The position numbers and the translations under genes were made by a program. A DNA stretch of 14,203 bases from Candidatus Nanopusillus sp. (GTDB taxonomy: Archaea > Nanobdellota > Nanobdellia > Nanobdellales > Nanobdellaceae): the NCBI GenBank assembly GCA_036845085.1, contig DAIUEN010000016.1:1-14203 (forward strand), read 5' to 3'. Under the pieces are notes generated by a model. That model did not search any database, was not told where the DNA came from, and saw only the letters and a list, made by a program, of their open reading frames with translations. Below, piece by piece: positions 7,586 through 14,203 of this stretch (position 1 is the stretch's first letter; each line of letters opens with the position of its first letter).

Positions 7586-9091
7586 TTAGAATTCTATTTT
7601 GTATGTTCTCAAAACTTCTTCTTTATTTAAATAATACATATTTACAATTTGAGAAAAGGTCTCATAATCATATACACCAAGATCTAATAATCTTCTAAGC
7701 AGCTTAGATCTTATTATTAATTCTTTATATAGCTCTGAATATTTTATACCATATTCTTTAGATATTTTATAGAGTAAATAAGATTTCTTATTAAATATAT
7801 ACCTTTTTTTGAAGGCATCCCAAACAAAAACCCTATTATATTTATTATAACGTATTATTTCATCTATTTCACCAACTCTTCTAAAATTTTTTCCAAAAGA
7901 TACATCGTGTCTCATTATTATGACAACATTTAACAGCTCTACCAAATATTTTGATAAATTAATAGGAGGAGAAACTAATCTATTTATTAAAGATTTTACA
8001 TCTGTAGAATGCATAGTAGATAAAGCTGCATGTCCAGAAGCCATCCCCTGAAACATTACATAAGCCTCTTCTCCTCTTACTTCACCAACAATAACATAAT
8101 CTGGCCTTTGTCTAAAAGATAATTTTAGTAAATCAAACATAGAAATTTCATCTACCATAGAAGAAGAAGATCTAACTACAGAAGGTATCCAATTTGGATG
8201 ATATAACTTTATTTCTCTTGTATCTTCTATAGATACTACTCTAGCATTGTGTGGTATAAACATAGAAATTGCATTCAAGAAAGTTGTCTTTCCAGAAGCT
8301 GTACCTCCAATTATTATTATATTCTTTTTATATTCCACTGCTAACCATAAATAAGCAAATATTTCTGGAATTGCTGTATTAATCTTAATTAATTCTATAG
8401 GACTCCAAGGAATATCTCTAAATTTTCTAATAGTAAATGTTGGACCTCTTGTTGTAATATCTTTAGAATAAGTAGCATTAATTCTAGATCCATCTGGTAA
8501 TGTTGCATCTAATAATGGTTCTGCATACGATATATGCTTACCTGCCCTTAAAGTAAACTTTTCTATTATATTTATTATCTCTTCTTCATTTAATACAATG
8601 TTTGTTTTTAAATTTCCAAATATCCTATGAACTACAAAAACAGGAATATTAGATCCAGAACATTCTATATCTTCTATATAAGGATCTCTCATCAACGGTT
8701 CTATTTTATAATATCCATATATATCCCTAAAAATGTAATAAAAAATTCTATTATAAGAATTTTCATCATTTATTTTAATACCATACTCCGATAAAATAAA
8801 ATTATACAACCTTTCTAAATAAGATATTACTTGGTTTATATCTTTTAATTCAGATAGTTTTATAATTAGTAAATGTTTAATTTCTGAAGATACAATATTA
8901 TATATTTCTTTTTCTTTTTCATTTAAAGGTGGTTCTACTACTTCATAAATTATATTAGAAGTATTTTTATCAAAATATATGTGTGCATAAGCATATGGTT
9001 CTATAAGAGGATAAACTATATTCAGTGATGTCAAGTCTGTGGGTCTTTCCAAATTCAATCTCTTTTCTGTATATAGATTTATTTTAAACAT
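7586..9091 (-). CDS. flaI: FlaI/ArlI-type (VirB11/PilB superfamily) archaellum or type IV pilus assembly ATPase
   Basis: It has a Walker A motif GGTASGKTTFLNA and a Walker B/Asp box RPDYVIVGEVRGEEA. The N-terminal domain pattern YPLIEPYAYAHIY...YEVVEPPLNEKE is typical of archaeal FlaI-like ATPases, and the length is 501 aa. Confidence 0.88.
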   Translation of the reverse strand: MFKINLYTEKRLNLERPTDLTSLNIVYPLIEPYAYAHIYFDKNTSNIIYEVVEPPLNEKEKEIYNIVSSEIKHLLIIKLSELKDINQVISYLERLYNFILSEYGIKINDENSYNRIFYYIFRDIYGYYKIEPLMRDPYIEDIECSGSNIPVFVVHRIFGNLKTNIVLNEEEIINIIEKFTLRAGKHISYAEPLLDATLPDGSRINATYSKDITTRGPTFTIRKFRDIPWSPIELIKINTAIPEIFAYLWLAVEYKKNIIIIGGTASGKTTFLNAISMFIPHNARVVSIEDTREIKLYHPNWIPSVVRSSSSMVDEISMFDLLKLSFRQRPDYVIVGEVRGEEAYVMFQGMASGHAALSTMHSTDVKSLINRLVSPPINLSKYLVELLNVVIIMRHDVSFGKNFRRVGEIDEIIRYNKYNRVFVWDAFKKRYIFNKKSYLLYKISKEYGIKYSELYKELIIRSKLLRRLLDLGVYDYETFSQIVNMYYLNKEEVLRTYKIEF

Positions 9092-9132
9092 GATAAGACT
9101 ATTATATACGTAAGTTCATATAAATTATAGTA
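9092..9132. promoter_or_regulatory. 41-bp divergent intergenic region holding two crossed TATA-like elements (attatata for the + gene, aatttatat on the minus strand for flaI)
   Basis: Each AT-rich element lies ~25-30 nt from the opposite ATG. This implies two leaderless, back-to-back overlapping promoters. Confidence 0.4.
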
Positions 9133-10506
9133 ATGATAGATATAGAGATACTAAAAAGAGTAGATGAAGAACTTAATAAGGTAAATAAACTCTTAAAAAG
9201 AGTAGAGTATATAGATAAATCGATAGAAGAAAAAGATACGTGGAAAAAAAATATAGAAAAATTGTACATGAATGGATACTTAAATGAAAAAGAATATAAA
9301 AGAAATATCAGAGCCATAGATTTAGAAATAAGAGAACTAAATTTTAAAAAACTAGATTATCTACTAAAAGTTTCAGATATATTGCATAACTTAAATTTAA
9401 CTTTAAAATTCTTAGAAAACAATTCTAATACAAATAATCAAAACATACAAAAAGTAATAGAATACAAAAATATCATAGAAACTTATGACAAAAAAGTTAA
9501 AGAAATAGAAAAAAACATAATTTTTGAGAAAAAATACTCTCTTATAAAAAAGTTTATAGAAGAAGAACAAAAAAAGAAATATAAAAAAGAAGAAATAAAG
9601 ATAAATAAAAGGCCAATAAAAAAAATCAATAATGATATAAATTTTATTTCAGAAATAAAGGATTATATAATTAGCTTGTCTAACAAGATTTTTTATAATT
9701 TCTCTAAAAATATTCTGGATAGATATCCACAACTATATTATATAATAAGAGAAAATTTAAAAAATTCTTATATAGATATTGATCCTTCATCATTTTTATC
9801 TCTAGTATTATTTTTACTTTTGGTATTAATACAAATTTCAATTTTTTTGTCTTTGTATTATACTAATATTTTTGCATTTTTTTCCGGTTTGATAATTATT
9901 GCTGCCTTGATAGGAATTATTTATGTTTATATTAACGAAAAGAAAAAAGAAGTAATATATAACATTAGATCTAATCTTCCATATGTAGTAATACATATGG
10001 CATCTTTAGCTCAATCTGGAATAGAAATAAAATATATAATAAAAATTATAGCAGAAACTACAGAATACGGATATTTATCAAAAGAATTTCACAAATTATA
10101 TCAAATGTTAGAGTTTGGTTTAAGTTTAACAGATGCTATAGATAATTTAAAAGATCAAACAATATCAAATGATTTAAGAGAATTTTTAGATGAGTTAAAA
10201 TTAACAATAATATCTGGTAGAAAAATATCAGAATTTTTGGTTGTTTATGCGCAAAATGTGATGATAAATTATCAAAGTTATCTGGAAAAGTTGGGTCAGA
10301 TAATGAAAACTTTTTCAGATTTATACGTAGGAATGGTACTTACAATCCCAATGATTTTGATATCTATGGGAATAATGCTAACAAGTATATTACAACAAGC
10401 ATATAGTATAGATATTTCTACTTTTTTGGCAATAGCTGTATACATAATATTACCAATTATAAATGTAGGCTCATTATTTGTATTTGGTAGAATTTCTAGA
10501 CTATGA
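9133..10506 (+). CDS. FlaJ/TadC-family platform protein, first half: one T2SS-F domain plus transmembrane segments, with a ~190-aa N-terminal K/E-rich coiled-coil extension
   Basis: The C-terminal two thirds show the FlaJ-like pattern: transmembrane helices, then LPYVVIHMASLAQSGIEI...EFHKLYQMLEFGLSLTDAIDNL...FLDELKLTIISGRKISEFL (GspF/T2SSF-like), then more transmembrane helices. The N-terminal ~190 aa is heptad-like and lysine/glutamate-rich. Confidence 0.75.
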   Translation: MIDIEILKRVDEELNKVNKLLKRVEYIDKSIEEKDTWKKNIEKLYMNGYLNEKEYKRNIRAIDLEIRELNFKKLDYLLKVSDILHNLNLTLKFLENNSNTNNQNIQKVIEYKNIIETYDKKVKEIEKNIIFEKKYSLIKKFIEEEQKKKYKKEEIKINKRPIKKINNDINFISEIKDYIISLSNKIFYNFSKNILDRYPQLYYIIRENLKNSYIDIDPSSFLSLVLFLLLVLIQISIFLSLYYTNIFAFFSGLIIIAALIGIIYVYINEKKKEVIYNIRSNLPYVVIHMASLAQSGIEIKYIIKIIAETTEYGYLSKEFHKLYQMLEFGLSLTDAIDNLKDQTISNDLREFLDELKLTIISGRKISEFLVVYAQNVMINYQSYLEKLGQIMKTFSDLYVGMVLTIPMILISMGIMLTSILQQAYSIDISTFLAIAVYIILPIINVGSLFVFGRISRL

Positions 10507-11342
10507 AACTAAAAATAGAATATATAGTAATAATCTTATTTGTAATTCTATTTAATATTTTTTATTTTATTTTGAAAAATCCAATAAGTGATTCTATAAT
10601 ATCTTCTTTTTCTATATCATTAATACCTTATTTATTATACCAAGAAATATTAAACAAAATCCATAAGGAGACGGAAGAAGAATTTACAAGATTTCTATTA
10701 GATCTTGCGCAATTATTAAAATCTGGCTTACCTATATCAGTAGCTATAAAACAAATAGAAAAGTCTGGTTATAAAAGGTTACAACCACTAATAAACAATC
10801 TATCAGCTAAATTAGATTGGGGCATTGGGTTAAAAGATTCTTTAATTTCTTTTGCAGAAGAAAGTGAAAATCCAACAATAAAAAGATATATAAAAACAAT
10901 TTTAGATATTTATGAAAGTGGTGGGAAATTAGAAGAAAGTATAGAAGCAAATATAAATAGCTACCTAGAAATAAATAAAATAAAAGAAAAGAAAAGAGCA
11001 GAAATTCATGAAAATATAATACATTCATATCTAGTGTTTATATTCTTTTTAGGTATAGTATATACATTCAATATATTCTTATTACCTTTCTTACAGATTT
11101 CTATCCCTGGACAAGAAAATAAGGTGAATATAGAATTTATATCTTTGCTTATGTACCATTTATCTATAATACAAGCAATCTTTGCAGGTCTAGCGATGGG
11201 TAAAATGTATGAAAATTCCTATAAAGCAGGTGCTAAATATATTTTAATCTTCCTATTTTTAGTAATCATATTATTTAAAGTAATAATACCTATATCTCCA
11301 AAAAATATAGGTATTTCTATATTAGATATTGGAAAAATATAA
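10503..11342 (+). CDS. FlaJ/TadC-family platform protein, second half: second T2SS-F domain plus transmembrane segments
   Basis: FTRFLLDLAQLLKSGLPISVAIKQI...GLKDSLISFAEESENPTIKRYIKTILDIYESGGKLEESI is a second T2SSF-type repeat flanked by transmembrane helices. Its ATG overlaps the upstream TGA as ATGA at 10503-10506. Confidence 0.75.
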   Translation: MKLKIEYIVIILFVILFNIFYFILKNPISDSIISSFSISLIPYLLYQEILNKIHKETEEEFTRFLLDLAQLLKSGLPISVAIKQIEKSGYKRLQPLINNLSAKLDWGIGLKDSLISFAEESENPTIKRYIKTILDIYESGGKLEESIEANINSYLEINKIKEKKRAEIHENIIHSYLVFIFFLGIVYTFNIFLLPFLQISIPGQENKVNIEFISLLMYHLSIIQAIFAGLAMGKMYENSYKAGAKYILIFLFLVIILFKVIIPISPKNIGISILDIGKI

Positions 11343-11344
11343 AT

Positions 11345-11755
11345 TTACTTACTAGCCTTTAAGAATTTAGATGATTTAGAAGCTCCAATACCTGGAGCTG
11401 AGTGCTGTACTTTCTTTGTTGTAAATACGAATTCTCCTAATCTCCTACCAATCATTTCTTCTCTTATAGTAAATTCTACAAATTCTTTTCCATTATAAAC
11501 AGCAACTTTACATCCAACCATAAATGGTAGTATAACGATTTCTCTTGCATGGGTCTTCACTGGCTTATTATATTTACCTTCCTTCTGTAACTTACATTTA
11601 TTATAAAAGTTTTCCCATTCTGGAGGAAAACCTAGCTTTAATCTCCTTATTAAAGTCCTTCTAACCCTTGCATCTGCAACTTTTTTTGCAAATTCTTCAA
11701 TACTCATCTTTTGCAATTCTTCTAGAGAGTATCCCCTTAACATAAATACAGGCAT
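11345..11755 (-). CDS. rps19: 30S ribosomal protein uS19 (S19p/eS15 family)
   Basis: VYNGKEFVEFTIREEMIGRRLGEFVFTTKKVQHSAPGIGASKSSKF is the uS19 signature. The N-terminal RGYSLEELQKMSIEEFAK region is typical of archaeal S19, and the length is 136 aa. Confidence 0.92.
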   Translation of the reverse strand: MPVFMLRGYSLEELQKMSIEEFAKKVADARVRRTLIRRLKLGFPPEWENFYNKCKLQKEGKYNKPVKTHAREIVILPFMVGCKVAVYNGKEFVEFTIREEMIGRRLGEFVFTTKKVQHSAPGIGASKSSKFLKASK

Positions 11756-11779
11756 TATTAATTAATAACGAGAATATAC

Positions 11780-12280
11780 TTATAAATAATACTTCGAAAA
11801 ATATTCTAAAAAGTTTTTCATGCCAAATACATATTTCTCCTTTAAAGATATAATCTTATATATAAAAGATAAAATATCAGCATATTCTCTTGTAAAATAA
11901 TATTCTTTTTTATTATTAATTTTAGAAATATAATATTCTGAAACATTATATGCTATATTATATGAATTCTTGAATTTCTTTTTTATCAAATACTTATAAT
12001 TTTCTTTACTGATATAATTATAAACTAAAAAAGATAGAAAAACAGCTTCTATTGGTATTATATATATTATGTCATCTTTTATTGGAACATCTTCTATATA
12101 TTTATATTCTTGAATATTTAATTTAAAATTCATATTATTCTTTTTATCAATTTTTTTTATTATATCTATAACAAAATCTTTAGAGTTTGATCTTAGAGCT
12201 ATTATATTTATCTCTTCGCTCCTTTTAAATTTTTTAGAATTTCTAATATCTCTTTTTACATATCTTTCATAAATGTTCAT
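11780..12280 (-). CDS. Hypothetical protein, 166 aa, translationally coupled to tgtA
   Basis: The ORF has the same codon bias as its neighbours. Its ATG overlaps the tgtA TGA as ATGA at 12277-12280. I see no recognisable motif, and it is glycine-poor with no PUA-like pattern. Confidence 0.5.
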   Translation of the reverse strand: MNIYERYVKRDIRNSKKFKRSEEINIIALRSNSKDFVIDIIKKIDKKNNMNFKLNIQEYKYIEDVPIKDDIIYIIPIEAVFLSFLVYNYISKENYKYLIKKKFKNSYNIAYNVSEYYISKINNKKEYYFTREYADILSFIYKIISLKEKYVFGMKNFLEYFSKYYL

Positions 12281-13485
12281 TTTATATTTTTATAGGAATT
12301 AAATGGAAATACATAATCATATATATATTCTACATCCTTAGGATCTACCCTCTCTTTCAATCTTTCAATTGCTTTTTTTACATCTATTCTTATTTCAGTT
12401 AGATCTCCACTATATATTATTCCAGACCTTTTTCTAACAGGATCTAACATCTTTAAATAGTTATAATACTTCTCCAATACCAACTTTGTTGCTTTATAAA
12501 CAGAATAATGAGAATGAGCTTTTATCAAAACCAAATCCATCAAATATTGATTCTTTATCGCATCTTTTATTAATTCTATTTCTTTTATTAATTGATATAA
12601 ATTATTCTCAGCTATTATTTTAATTTTTTCTTCTTTACTATAATCTTTTATTTCCTCTAAATGGAACATACCTTTCTTAGTTTCTAAAAATATATTAGAA
12701 GATTCTTCATATCTGAAAGTTCCAAAAGGAGTTATTATCCTTAAATCTTTTGCAAACAAGACATAAGATGCAGAATCAAATATATCAGCACCAATAGAAA
12801 CAGCTAGTGGAAGAATTATAGTATGACCCAACCCAAATAAGTGTACAGGTTTATTTAATGGTAAAATTATCCTAGATTCTAGTATATTTTCGAACAATTT
12901 ATCAAATTTATATTTTATCATATATGGTACTATTGTTCCCATAGCAAAGATATCTACATTAAGTCTAGATACTTCCTCAGCAGCTTTTCTTCTTAAATCC
13001 AAATATATTCCACCTTGAACTGCTCCATTTATTAATTTATTTCCTTTTAAATCAATACCTTCTTTTATCCTTTCAATAGTTAAATATAACTCTTTCTCGG
13101 CTTCTTCATGACTTTTATCAATATCTGTAGGTATATCTAGAACATTTATTATATCTGAATTTATATTTATTTGATATTCTATTATTTCTTTGTTTGTTAC
13201 TTCTAGATCTTTTTTATAATGTAACATTTGATATGATCCAGAATCTGTTTCTATAATACCATCAAATTTTAAAAACTCATGTATATCTCCATAAAATTTC
13301 TTCTTATATAAAATATATGCATTTGTCATTATTGCCTTAATATTATATTTTCTCATTTCTTCCGGAGTTATAATTAAGTTATTTGGATTAATAACTGGAA
13401 GAATTAATGGAGTTTCTAATTTCTTATTATTTACTTTTAAATATCCAATTCTACCAGCAACATCTCTATACTTTATCTCAAACAT
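12277..13485 (-). CDS. tgtA: Archaeosine tRNA-guanine transglycosylase (ArcTGT), catalytic domain only, 402 aa and cysteine-free
   Basis: MFEIKYRDVAGRIGYLK...ETPLILPVINPN, the catalytic-Asp motifs ETDSGSYQ and ADIFDSASY, GLGHT, and AENNLYQL...IKDAIK all match ArcTGT. It lacks the CxCxxC...H zinc motif and the C-terminal C2/PUA domains. Confidence 0.88.
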   Translation of the reverse strand: MFEIKYRDVAGRIGYLKVNNKKLETPLILPVINPNNLIITPEEMRKYNIKAIMTNAYILYKKKFYGDIHEFLKFDGIIETDSGSYQMLHYKKDLEVTNKEIIEYQININSDIINVLDIPTDIDKSHEEAEKELYLTIERIKEGIDLKGNKLINGAVQGGIYLDLRRKAAEEVSRLNVDIFAMGTIVPYMIKYKFDKLFENILESRIILPLNKPVHLFGLGHTIILPLAVSIGADIFDSASYVLFAKDLRIITPFGTFRYEESSNIFLETKKGMFHLEEIKDYSKEEKIKIIAENNLYQLIKEIELIKDAIKNQYLMDLVLIKAHSHYSVYKATKLVLEKYYNYLKMLDPVRKRSGIIYSGDLTEIRIDVKKAIERLKERVDPKDVEYIYDYVFPFNSYKNIK

Positions 13486-13533
13486 AATCTTATTCTCTTA
13501 AGTTATATTTAAATTTGATTTTGGGGATATGCC

Positions 13534-14203
<670 letters not shown>

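Noticed and set aside
9102-9317. 71-aa minus-strand ORF overlapping the flaI/flaJ divergent region
   Set aside because: It is antisense to the coiled-coil-encoding 5' end of the FlaJ-like gene. It is an S/F/I-rich mirror of K/E-rich codons and would destroy the promoter geometry.
10807-11028. 73-aa minus-strand ORF inside the second FlaJ-like gene
   Set aside because: It is antisense to a T2SSF-domain-coding segment and reads as low-complexity L/F/Y sequence.
11780-12280. Calling the 166-aa ORF the PUA/C2 domain of ArcTGT
   Set aside because: Size and ATGA coupling are suggestive. But the sequence has a single glycine and none of the PUA-like patterns I can recognise, so it is kept as hypothetical and only raised as a hypothesis.

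Overview
This window reads as a very compact archaeal locus. Protein-coding DNA is extremely AT-rich, and the structural RNA genes stand out as sharp GC-rich islands. That pattern is typical of hyperthermophiles with reduced genomes. Unlinked rRNA genes, overlapping genes, scattered ribosomal-protein genes and substitutions at 'universal' 16S sites together suggest a Nanoarchaeota/DPANN-like organism; this is inference only. Supported features are: a complete 23S rRNA (+) flanked by a 25-bp processing helix; the 3' ~670 nt of a 16S rRNA (-) that cannot be co-transcribed with the 23S; and a ~232-nt GC-rich RNA (2581-2812, +) carrying RNase P CR-I/CR-V and P4 pairing in a strongly reduced architecture. 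Supported coding genes are a HAD hydrolase, a five-gene overlapping minus-strand operon (small membrane ORF, 147-aa unknown, MinD/ParA ATPase, an 89-aa Dph2 N-terminal fragment, a 74-aa membrane protein), ProRS with a ~75-aa insertion, a FlaI-type ATPase divergent from a FlaJ-type platform protein split into two coupled ORFs, an isolated uS19, and a cysteine-free truncated archaeosine tRNA-guanine transglycosylase coupled to an unknown 166-aa ORF. The candidate minimal RNase P RNA is the most interesting item. All folds and alignments were done by eye and from memory of consensus sequences, and need computational confirmation.
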